Assembly: GCF_902652985.1 (NCBI RefSeq)
Contig: NC_047024.1
Location: 38,626,001 to 38,690,000 of the forward strand
Source: Pecten maximus
Taxonomy: Eukaryota
DNA: 64,000 nt
Reading direction: 5' to 3'
Part shown: one piece after another, positions 52,771 to 64,000 of the stretch
How the letters are laid out: each line of letters opens with the position of its first letter
Numbering within the stretch: position 1 is the stretch's first letter
Program-made: the position numbers and the translations under genes
Notes under the pieces: generated by a model
What the model was told of the DNA's origin: nothing
Database searches by the model: none
What the model saw: only the letters and a program-made list of their open reading frames with translations

Positions 52771-53768
52771 CAGTAAACTCCGGTTTTCAAGAAGTCAGTC
52801 GGACCATGAAAACAACTTCGTAGAAACCGGACTTCGTGAAACACGACTAGTCCTCCCTGTCTAAAATTAGTCTCGATATATATACCGTTCACCAGCTGGC
52901 TAGCTAGGCCTAGCGTAAATGTGTAAACACTAACTGTATGATCAGTATTTAAAAACAACAATCACTGGACATTTTGTTAAACTTGTGTTACATTTTAATT
53001 ATTATTTACAAATTGTTATTAGCACAACGTAAGCTAAACGCATGCATTGAATCATGTGTACATTATAGCCTATATACAGTACACGTGTACGTATCAGTTA
53101 CACAGGAAAATATACCGGCGAGCGATCATCGAACATTTTTTTTCATACTTTCGTAAAAAAGTCAGTCATTTGTTTCTGTTTTGAAGAATAATGACACTTG
53201 TCAGCAAAGTCAGAAAGTTTGGTGATACACGCAAACATTGTTTCATCATCATTCTCGCGTGACTCTACAAACATTTTTATTTTGTCAACACTGTCCACGA
53301 ACTCTACGAGAGTAGGAATTTTCAATTCAACCCCGGTATCACTATCGCTGTCCGACTCAGAGTCTTCCGATTTGTTATCCATTTTGTTTTTTATTTCCTC
53401 AATAACATCACTCTGTGTTGTTTGTTCAGTGGTGACAATATCCTCGTTGATCGTCACACTTTCGGAGTAGCCATTTTGACACCTGCCTTCGTGTATAAAG
53501 TGACAAACAAATGAACAGTGACTTGTTTTTACAGCGATTTATATCGGGTAGGGTTAATGAGTTGTTTTCACAGTTCGTACATACAGGTAAATTATCCTGT
53601 GGGGACCCCCAGACCATATCGCACAAAGCGATAGTTCGTACATAGCGACTTCGTGAATACAGGATTAATTTACAAAGGTTTATATAGAGGCTCAGTAGGG
53701 GATTTTTAAAGACTTCGTGAAATGCGGTATATCGTTAAATCCGACTTCGTGAAATGTGGAGTTTACTG
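52771..53768 (-). mobile_element. Internally deleted pogo/Tigger-like DNA transposon
   Basis: TIRs cagtaaactccggttttcaagaagtc vs cagtaaactccacatttcacgaagtc (22/26), TA duplication (52769-52770, 53769-53770), repeated acttcgtgaa subterminal motifs, transposase C-terminal remnant. Confidence 0.9.
53143..53457 (-). pseudogene. C-terminal fragment of pogo/Tigger-type transposase
   Basis: Acidic tract (SEDSESDSDSD), helical segment and terminal KQKQMTDFF motif typical of pogo/Tigger C-termini; no DDE or HTH domain left. Confidence 0.75.
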
Positions 53769-54091
53769 TACCAGCTTTCAGATCCAGAATTACACTAATG
53801 GACTTCCTAGCCAAAAGCAACCATTGACTGTTTTCTATCGACATAGTATTTTACTACTAGCAGGGAACAATAATTATAACTATGAGCATATGATCTCCGA
53901 GAATAACTACCAGTGGTATATTTGGTGCAGAAGCTGTGTCCTATTTAGATGGAACTTCTAAACTGCTTACCGGAAGATTTCAACAATGTTTACAGATCGA
54001 TATTCATCACTTAATGAGTTCTACAAGGATTCACAGGGGCTTGAATACAATGTACTAGCACTGCTATCACCAGGGTGACTATTGGTGCACC

Positions 54092-54260
54092 AAAGTCTAT
54101 ACTGACTTCTGACTTTCGGACAGATGGATGGATAGCCAAGCCTTTTCCAACGTCTATACCAACTTCTGACTTTCGGACAGATGGATGGATAGACAAGCCT
54201 TTTCCAACGTCTATACCAACTTCTTCTGACTTTCCGACTGATGAATGTATAGACAAGTTG
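54092..54260. repeat. Three-copy ~57-bp tandem repeat, possibly in a decayed HINE
   Basis: ttctgactttcggacagatggatggatagacaagccttttccaacgtctataccaac repeated; HINE-like end ccccaccc..gtggggagtatataac at ~54300-54335. Confidence 0.7.
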
Positions 54261-54882
54261 TTTCCTCTTCCTTCCTCCTTAGCCTCAACCCCAGACACCA
54301 CCCCACCCCTAAATTTATTGTGGGGAGTATATAACAAAGGAATGGATATAATTCAGGTGAGAGTATTGTCAGCTATACCTCAGGACAGTATTTACTCTAC
54401 CCAGCAGAGAGTTGATTTACGGAGGCCCTAGTGAAGTGGTTCTACTGTCATCACAATGGTGCATGTTATTGACGTACTAGAGATAAGAACACAAGTACCC
54501 TTACTGCAAAACCACAATCCACTTCAGCCTCATACACAAGCATGTATATATGTAATCTACTGTCAAAATAAATAGGTTCTGGAAGAAAAAATACCCCTGG
54601 TAACTTTAATTTGGGATTAGTGAGGCGATTTATCTGCAAATACATAAACATAAATTTATAACTTTCTCCTTTCAATGTGTTTTTGTGATCTCCCATAACA
54701 TTCAGCGTGGAGAGATATTTACGTTTTGAGGAGAAATTTATTATCTGTGTATCAAATTGAATACTTTGATTACATGTAGATCTCACGCAGTAGCAGTATA
54801 ATTTAGATATGTCACTCTGAGAATCCTCAGAGTAACCTGGTACTAAACCTGAAATGATCTACATACATGTACCAGTACATTA

Positions 54883-57522
54883 ACCCACCCATATTTCTGT
54901 GAGATATTGGTTGTAATCCACCCATATTTCTGTGAGATATTGGTTGTAATCCACCTATATTTCTGTGAGATATTGGTTGTAATCCACCCATATTTCTGTG
55001 ATATATTGGTTGTAATCCACCCATATTTCTGTGAGATATTGGTTGTAATCCACCCATATTTCTGTGAGATATTGGTTGTAATCCACCCATATTTCTGTGA
55101 GATATTGGTTGTAATCCACCCATATTTCTGTGAGATATTGGTTGTAATCCACCCATATTTCTGTGAGATATTGGTTGTAATCCACCCATATTTCTGTGAG
55201 ATATTAGTTGTAATCCACCCATATTTCTGTGAGATATTGGTTGTAATCCACCCATATTTCTGTGAGATATTGGTTGTAATCCACCCATATTTCTGTGAGA
55301 TATTGGTTGTAATCCACCCATATTTCTGTGAGATATTGGTTGAAGTCCACCCATATTTCTGTGAGATATTGGTTGTAATCCACCCATATTTCTGTGAGAT
55401 ATTGGTTGTAATCCACCCATATTTCTGTGAGATATTGGTTGTAATCCACCCATATTTCTGTGAGATATTGGTTGTAATCCACCCATATGTCTGTGAGATA
55501 TTGGTTGTAATCCACCCATATGTCTGTGAGATATTGGTTGTAATCCACCCATATTTCTGTGAGATATTGGTTGTAATCCACCCATATTTCTGTGAGATAT
55601 TGGTTGTAATCCACCCATATTTATGTGAGATATTGGTTGTAATCCACCCATATTTCTGTGAGATATTGGTTGTAATCCACCCATATTTCTGTGAGATATT
55701 GACTATAATCCACCCATATTTCTGTAAGATATTGGTTGTAATCCACCCATATTTCTGTGAGATATTGGTTGTAATCCACCCATATTTCTGTGATATATTG
55801 GTTGTAATCCACCCATATTTCTGTGAGATATTGGTTGTAATCCACCCATATTTCTGTGAGATATTGGTTGTAATCCACCCATATTTCTGTGAGATATTGG
55901 TTGTAATCCACCCATATTTCTGTGAGATATTGGTTGTAATCCACCCATATTTCTGTGAGATATTGGTTGTAATCCACCCATATTTCTGTGAGATATTAGT
56001 TGTAATCCACCCATATTTCTGTGAGATATTGGTTGTAATCCACCCATATTTCTGTGAGATATTGGTTGTAATCCACCCATATTTCTGTGAGATATTGGTT
56101 GTAATCCACCCATATTTCTGTGAGATATTGGTTGAAGTCCACCCATATTTCTGTGAGATATTGGTTGTAATCCACCCATATGTCTGTGAGATATTGGTTG
56201 TAATCCACCCATATTTCTGTGAGATATTGGTTGTAATCCACCCATATTTCTGTGAGATATTGGTTGTAATCCACCCATATGTCTGTGAGATATTGGTTGT
56301 AATCCACCCATATGTCTGTGAGATATTGGTTGTAATCCACCCATATTTCTGTGAGATATTGGTTGTAATCCACCCATATTTCTGTGAGATATTGGTTGTA
56401 ATCCACCCATATTTATGTGAGATATTGGTTGTAATCCACCCATATTTCTGTGAGATATTGGTTGTAATCCACCCATATTTCTGTGAGATATTGACTATAA
56501 TCCACCCATATTTCTGTAAGATATTGGTTGTAATCCACCCATATTTCTGTGAGATATTGGTTGTAATCCACCCATATTTCTGTGATATATTGGTTGTAAT
56601 CCACCCATATTTCTGTGATATATTGGTTGTAATCCACCCATATTTCTGTGAGATATTGGTTGTAATCCACCCATATGTCTGTGAGATATTAGTTGTAAGC
56701 CACCCATATGTCTGTGAGATATTGGTTGTAATCCACCCATATTTCTGTGAGATATTGGTTGTAATCCACCCATATTTCTGTGAGATATTGGTTGTAATCC
56801 ACCCATATTTCTGTGAGATATTGGTTGTAATCCACCCATATTTCTGTGAGATATTGGTTGTAATCCACCCATATTTCTGTGAGATATTGGTTGTAATCCA
56901 CCCATATTTCTGTGAGATATTGGTTGTAATCCACCCATATTTCTGTGAGATATTAGTTGTAATCCACCCATATTTCTGTGAGATATTGGTTGTAATCCAC
57001 CCATATTTCTGTGAGATATTGGTTGTAATCCACCCATATTTCTGTGAGATATTAGTTGTAATCCACCCATATTTCTGTGAGATATTAGTTGTAATCCACC
57101 CATATGTCTGTGAGATATTGGTTGTAATCCACCCATATTTCTGTGAGATATTGGTTGTAATCCACCCATATTTCTGTGAGATATTGGTTGTAATCCACCC
57201 ATATTTCTGTGAGATATTGGTTGTAATCCACCCATATTTCTGTGAGATATTAGTTGTAATCCACCCATATTTCTGTGAGATATTGGTTGTAATCCACCCA
57301 TATTTCTGTGAGATATTGGTTGTAATCCACCCATATTTCTGTAAGATATTGGTTGTAATCCACCCATATTTCTGTAAGATATTGGTTGTAATCCACCCAT
57401 ATTTCTGTAGATATTGGTTGTAATCCACCCATATTTCTGTGAGGTATTGGTTGTAATCCATCCATATTTCTGTGAGATGTTGGTTGTAATCCACCCATAT
57501 TTCTGTGAGATATTGGTTGAAG
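54883..57522. repeat. Minisatellite, 33-bp unit
   Basis: Unit ccacccatatttctgtgagatattggttgtaat, about 80 highly similar copies. Confidence 0.98.
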
Positions 57523-58319
57523 TCCTCTTCCTAGTTGTTTTTTTCTATAAACACTACATTTAACGATATAAAGAACAAGAATTAAGATTAAAAGGGACCA
57601 CTCGAGTTTGGCTAATTGTCTGAGCTCTGATGGAGGCCGGTATACTGAGATCTTGTGTGTCCTCATTCCCGGTCTACTAAAGTGTACCCGAGTTCCATAT
57701 ATAAAACCCTTGAAAAGACATTGTCAGGTAGACGTAAGTATACCTGCCATATACCTACTGTACATGCAGCAGTATATCTCTAGTACTTTACAGCATTATA
57801 AACTTTGTTGACAGTAAAGGTGTTCCCTACGTTTTGAGGAGTCAGCATATTTATGACTTGGAAAAGATTCAAACTTCTGCTCTTTTAAAACTATATTTCT
57901 TCTTCAGATCTCTGTCATTGTGTTTGTGTGAAGTCTACTTCACCAAATATACACAATAAGTCATCTAAAAGTAATACGATGCAGGAGTTTTTATACGACT
58001 GCTTTTGGAAATCAAACAAATCAATGTCTTGTAAAGTGGCTTAAATAGTGCTGATTCATATAAAATGAAAAAAGCTATGCTGTCAAATCTGATAAGTATT
58101 CGATATCTGAATAAAATGTTATGAATTTTTATGAACTGAATAAATGTTATAATTATTTTCTCATTCTTAAATATATTGAGTACATTGTAACTCGTAATTG
58201 CTCATTCTATGAAGTGCAACTCAAATTTGCCAATTTTTTGTGCAAGGAACACCTAGAAATGCTTAATCTAGCTGTCTAGAGGAACTATTTTAATATTCAA
58301 TATATTAATTACCCATTCT

Positions 58320-61300
58320 ATGTATTGTAGCTCAGTATTGCTCGATCATTCTATCGTTATGTAGCTCAGTATTGCTCATTCTACATGTATTGTTATGTAG
58401 CTCAGTATTGCTCATTTTGTGTTAGGCAGCTCAGTATTGCTCATTCTATTGTTCTGTAGCTCAGTATTGCTCATTCTATTGTTCTGTAGCTCAGTATTGC
58501 TCATTCTATTGTTATGTAGCTCAGTATTGCTCACTCTATTGTTATGTAGCTCAGTATTGCTCATTCTATTGTTCTGTAGCTCAGTTAATTGCTCATTCTA
58601 TTGTTCTGTAGCTCAGTATTGCTGTTATGTAGCTCAGTATTGCTCATTTTGTGTGATGTAGCTCAGTATTGCTCATTCTATTGTTATGTAGCTCAGTATT
58701 GCTCATTCTATTGTTATGTAGCTCAGTATTGCTCACTCTATTGTTATGTAGCTCAGTATTACTCATTCTATTGTTATTGTAGCTCAGTATTGCTCATTCT
58801 ATTGTTATGTAGCTCAGTATTGCTCATTCTATTGTTCTGTAGATCAGTATTGCTCATTCTATTGTTATGAAGCTCAGTATTGCTCATTCTATTGTTATGT
58901 AGCTCAGTATTGCTCACTCTATTGTTATGTAGCTCAGCATTGCTCATTCTATTGTTCTGTAGCTCAGTATTGCTCATTCTATAGTTCTGTAGCTCAGTAT
59001 TGCTCATTCTATTGTTATGTAGCTCAGTATTGCTCATTCTATTGTTCTGTAGCTCAGTATTGCTCATTCTATTGTTATGTAGCTCAGTATTTCTCACTCT
59101 ATAGTTCTGTAGCTCAGTATTGCTCATTCTATTGTTATGTAGCTCAGTATTGCTCATTCTATTGTTATGTAGCTCAGTATTGCTCACTCTATTGTTATGT
59201 AGCTCAGTATTGCTCACTCTATTGTTAAGTAGCTCAGTATTGCTCATTCTATTGTTCTGTAGCTCAGTATTGCTCATTTTGTGTTATGCAGCTCAGTATT
59301 GCTCATTCTATTGTTCTGTAGCTCAGTATTGCTCATTCTATTGTTCTGTAGCTCAGTATTGCTCATTTTATTGTTATGTAGCTCAGTATTGCTCACTCTA
59401 TTGTTATGTAGCTCATTATTGCTCACTCTATTGCTATGTAGCTCAGTATTGCTCATTCTATTGTTCTGTAGCTCAGTATTGCTCATTCTATAGTTCTGTA
59501 GCTCAGTATTGCTCATTCTATTGTTATGTAGCTCAGTATTGCTCATTCTATTGTTCTGTAGCTCAGTATTGCTCATTCTATTGTTATGTAGCTCAGTATT
59601 GCTCACTCTATAGTTCTGTAGCTCAGTATTGCTCATTCTATTGTTATGTAGCTCAGTATTGCTCATTCTATTGTTATGTAGCTCAGTATTGCTCATTCTA
59701 TTGTTATGTAGCTCAGTATTGCTCACTCTATTGTTATGTAGCTCAGTATTGCTCATTCTATTGTTCTGTAGCTCAGTTAATTGCTCATTCTATTGTTCTG
59801 TAGCTCAGTATTGCTCATTCTATTGTTATGTAGCTCAGTATTTCTCACTCTATTCTTATGTAGCTCAGTATTGCTCATTCTATTGTTCTGTAGCTCAGTA
59901 TTGCTCATTCTATAGTTCTGTAGCTCAGTATTGCTCATTCTATTGTTATGTAGCTCAGTATTGCTCATTCTATTGTTCTGTAGCTCAGTATTGCTCATTC
60001 TATTGTTATGTAGCTCAGTATTGCTCACTCTATTGTTATGTAGCTCAGTATTGCTCATTCTATAGTTCTGTAGCTCAGTATTGCTCATTCTATAGTTCTG
60101 TAGCTCAGTATTGCTCATTCTATTGTTATGTAGCTCAGTATTGCTCATTCTATTGTTCTGTAGCTCAGTATTGCTCATTCTATTGTTCTGTAGCTCAGTA
60201 TTGCTCATTCTATTGTTATGTAGCTCAGTATTTCTCACTCTATTCTGATGTAGCTCAGTATTGCTCATTCTATTGTTCTGTAGCTCAGTATTGCTCATTC
60301 TATAGTTCTGTAGCTCAGTATTGCTCATTCTATTGTTATGTAGCTCAGTATTGCTCATTCTATTGTTCTGTAGCTCAGTATTGCTCATTCTATTGTTATG
60401 TAGCTCAGTATTGCTCACTCTATTGTTATGTAGCTCAGTATTGCTCATTCTATAGTTCTGTAGCTCAGTATTGCTCATTCTATAGTTCTGTAGCTCAGTA
60501 TTGCTCATTCTATTGTTATGTAGCTCAGTATTGCTCATTCTATTGTTATGTAGCTCAGTATTGCTCATTCTATTGTTATGTAGCTCAGTATTGCTCACTC
60601 TATTGTTATGTAGCTCAGTATTGCTCATTCTATTGTTCTGTAGCTCAGTATTGCTCATTCTATTGTTATGTAGCTCAGTATTGCTCATTCTATTGTTATG
60701 TAGCTCAGTATTGCTCACTCTATTGTTATGTAGCTCAGTATTGCTCACTCTATTGTTAAGTAGCTCAGTATTGCTCATTCTATTGTTCTGTAGCTCAGTA
60801 TTGCTCATTTTGTGTTATGCAGCTCAGTATTGCTCATTCTATTGTTCTGTAGCTCAGTATTGCTCATTCTATTGTTCTGTAGCTCAGTATTGCTCATTTT
60901 ATTGTTATGTAGCTCAGTATTGCTCACTCTATTGTTATGTAGCTCATTATTGCTCACTCTATTGCTATGTAGCTCAGTATTGCTCATTCTATTGTTCTGT
61001 AGCTCAGTATTGCTCATTCTATAGTTCTGTAGCTCAGTATTGCTCATTCTATTGTTATGTAGCTCAGTATTGCTCATTCTATTGTTCTGTAGCTCAGTAT
61101 TGCTCATTCTATTGTTATGTAGCTCAGTATTGCTCACTCTATAGTTCTGTAGCTCAGTATTGCTCATTCTATTGTTATGTAGCTCAGTATTGCTCATTCT
61201 ATTGTTATGTAGCTCAGTATTGCTCATTCTATTGTTATGTAGCTCAGTATTGCTCACTCTATTGTTATGTAGCTCAGTATTGCTCATTCTATTGTTCTGT

Positions 61301-62308
61301 AGCTCAGTTAATTGCTCATTCTATTGTTCTGTAGCTCAGTATTGCTCATTCTATTGTTATGTAGCTCAGTATTTCTCACTCTATTCTTATGTAGCTCAGT
61401 ATTGCTCATTCTATTGTTCTGTAGCTCAGTATTGCTCATTCTATAGTTCTGTAGCTCAGTATTGCTCATTCTATTGTTATGTAGCTCAGTATTGCTCATT
61501 CTATTGTTCTGTAGCTCAGTATTGCTCATTCTATTGTTATGTAGCTCAGTATTGCTCACTCTATTGTTATGTAGCTCAGTATTGCTCATTCTATAGTTCT
61601 GTAGCTCAGTATTGCTCATTCTATAGTTCTGTAGCTCAGTATTGCTCATTCTATTGTTATGTAGCTCAGTATTGCTCATTCTATTGTTATGTAGCTCAGT
61701 ATTGCTCATTCTATTGTTATGTAGCTCAGTATTGCTCACTCTATTGTTATGTAGCTCAGTATTGCTCATTCTATTGTTCTGTAGCTCAGTTAATTGCTCA
61801 TTCTATTGTTCTGTAGCTCAGTATTGCTCATTCTATTGTTATGTAGCTCAGTATTTCTCACTCTATTCTTATGTAGCTCAGTATTGCTCATTCTATTGTT
61901 CTGTAGCTCAGTATTGCTCATTCTATAGTTCTGTAGCTCAGTATTGCTCATTCTATTGTTATGTAGCTCAGTATTGCTCATTCTATTGTTCTGTAGCTCA
62001 GTATTGCTCATTCTATTGTTATGTAGCTCAGTATTGCTCACTCTATTGTTATGTAGCTCAGTATTGCTCATTCTATAGTTCTGTAGCTCAGTATTGCTCA
62101 TTCTATTGTTATGTAGCTCAGTATTGCTCATTCTATTGTTATATAGCTCAGTATTGCTCATTCTATTGTTATGTAGCTCAGTATTGCTCACTCTATTGTT
62201 ATGTAGCTCAGTATTGCTCATTCTATTGTTCTGTAGCTCAGTTAATTGCTCATTCTATTGTTCTGTAGCTCAGTATTGCTCATTCTATTGTTATGTAGCT
62301 CAGTATGT
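58320..62308. repeat. Minisatellite, 30-bp unit
   Basis: Unit gtagctcagtattgctcattctattgttat, about 130 copies, degenerate copies in both flanks. Confidence 0.98.
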
Positions 62309-62671
62309 GTATAGCAACAAATCACTCATTCTGAGCAATTTATATACATGTATATAACTCAATATTTTTCAATTAATGTAGATTAGGTACGTGACTCAAC
62401 TTTGCTCTAATCTAGCTGTTATAAAAATTAGCTCAAAAATGCATAATATGTCCACATTACCTCAACATTCCTTATACAACATAGAATAACTAGCTCATTA
62501 CTGCTTATCTATGGTTGTAAATCATAAACATTGCTCATTTTTTTTAAAGTAACTCAGTATAACTCATTCTGTTAAAAAGTAACTCAGAATTCCTAATTTC
62601 TGAACTGCTCATTCTTTTCATTGATTCTTCGGTGTTAATTCAATGTTGTTGGATTTGAAGGATGAAATTGA

Positions 62672-63618
62672 CAGCGTTCGAATTTAACGCTCGCACATTA
62701 GCTAAATGCGAGCTGATTTTTCATTTTGCGAGTAGAAAATTGTGGTACTCGCATTTTTCAGCGAGTGCATATAAATCCTGGTAAAACAGACACATAGTAA
62801 AACATCGACGAAAACTTTAAACAAAAACCGACACACAGACAATCATGAATGCATTATTGGTGACGCTTGTACACAGCACTCGTTAGTTTCAAGCGTCTCA
62901 AAGACTACGATATACATGAATATATTGTAATGGAAAAGAAACGAGAGTTTCCGAGAAACAAAGCGTGACGTCTCGCTAGCATGGCTGACATTATCAATTT
63001 TTTTAAGTCAGCCGCTGCCGGAACATCAAATGAAAAGATCGGCGAAAATAATGAGAGCAAGGACACATGTAGAGAAAGTAGCCCAACTCCTAAGAAAAAA
63101 GTGACATGCATCCCAAGGCCAACAAAACAAACTGTCGAGAAATGGGAACTGCATATTGACCTGGAAAAAATCCTTGACGATGATCATGTGCACGTTATTG
63201 AAATTTATTGCAAAACTTGCAAAGAATATAGTCCCAACAAGTCATCATCAGTAAATATTTTGTTCTTACTTGATTAAGTAAGTAATATATAGGATCAAAA
63301 TCCTTCAATATTCATTGATCTTGAAGTTGATGATATTTGAAGGGAGTAATACCCTGGCTTATATGAACAGTGAGTTAAATAAAACAAAAAACAAAACAAA
63401 AATTAATTGTAATTTGGCTCAAATAAAAACTTTATTTGAAGCAACTGTTCTTTTGTTTGTGGTTCTGAAAAGTAAAGATTATTTATCATAAAACATGTGT
63501 TATATTTAATGTTAACACATAATTTCAAAATTGCGAGTAAGTTTGTAATTTTGCGAGTTAAAATTTTATCCACTCGCAACAACGTGCGAGTTACTAAAAA
63601 AGTTAAATTCTACCCCTG
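62672..63618 (+). mobile_element. hAT-like DNA transposon deletion derivative
   Basis: Imperfect TIRs cagcgttcgaatttaac vs caggggtagaatttaac (14/17); clustered tgcgag/ctcgca subterminal motifs at both ends; flanked by aattga direct repeat; N-terminal transposase-like ORF. Confidence 0.75.
62981..63277 (+). pseudogene. N-terminal fragment of a putative transposase
   Basis: ATG-initiated 98-aa ORF: IINFF motif, NLS-like PKKKV, W...YCKTC half zinc-finger, then runs into AT-rich sequence; lies inside the TIR pair. Confidence 0.55.
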
Positions 63619-64000
63619 AATTGAGATGAAATGAAATGAAATCAACTTGTCTACATGTATCTAAGATACCTTAGCATAGATGGTAGGTCAATATTTAAAT
63701 GTTATAGTTTAAGATCTAATAACTTCAGGTATATGGTCTGTGTGAATTTTGTTTCATACAATCAGAAACCTTGCCGGCGTCAATATACATGTATATCACG
63801 AGGAAAAATCTGAACTTGAATGATAATATCTACCACAAATACACTCAGTAATAACAATATCCTTCCTGACTATAGGTAAACAATCTACATACTCATCAGG
63901 TATACACTCATCAGGTTAAAAGTACATCCATGTATACCAGTGTTTAGAGTAATGCTGAAATTCAATATTTATTGCCAAATTTTCTCAAATAAGCCCCCTT

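Larger units (their letters stand above)
50700..53935 (+). mobile_element. Decayed 5'-truncated non-LTR retrotransposon (CR1/L2 group) ORF2 remnant
   Basis: Frameshifted motifs in order: HKASGP, LKELAAEL, WKQAHMVPIFK, ANYRPVS, HGFRKGR, LLDFSKA, GVPQG, LLFADD, YKYLGVT, LEY..SAWDPY, SFLPRT; interrupted by the 66-bp array and a pogo element. Ends approximate. Confidence 0.88.

Noticed and set aside
54720-54860. Possible minus-strand exon after tttcag (LVPGYSEDSQSDISKLYCY...)
   Set aside because: Weak pyrimidine tract, ambiguous donor, no recognisable homology; needs RNA evidence.
54827-57494. 883-aa, 838-aa and other long ORFs in several frames
   Set aside because: Pure 11-aa periodicity from a 33-bp unit, open on both strands, with no unique domain; a translation artefact.
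58419-62357. Cys/Tyr-rich and Asn-rich repeat ORFs resembling structural proteins
   Set aside because: 30-bp unit with frame-breaking indel variants; frames switch arbitrarily.

Overview
Animal (probably bivalve mollusc, inferred from the SINE and pearl/HINE-type repeats) AT-rich, repeat-saturated window. I cannot support any host protein-coding gene. About 29 kb (roughly 45%) is made of 11 unrelated minisatellite families (units 18-66 bp). The centrepiece is a structurally complete DIRS-type tyrosine-recombinase retrotransposon on the minus strand (30907-37670), inserted without target duplication into a 50-bp minisatellite. It has 140-bp perfect inverted terminal repeats, an internal complementary region reproducing the circle junction, and gag-like, RT/RNase H/adenine-methyltransferase and tyrosine recombinase ORFs. 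The gag/pol junction contains what looks like a canonical 76-nt intron that would fuse gag to the ATG-less RT ORF, while gag and the recombinase ORF are in one frame separated by a single UGA. Also present: several co-oriented non-autonomous Helentron-like (HINE/pearl) elements, tRNA-derived V- and CORE-type SINEs, a decayed CR1/L2-group LINE that has spawned its own 66-bp minisatellite and carries a pogo/Tigger insertion, a pogo-type MITE, and a hAT-like deletion derivative with a 6-bp flanking duplication. Nearly all other long ORFs are translation artefacts of tandem repeats.
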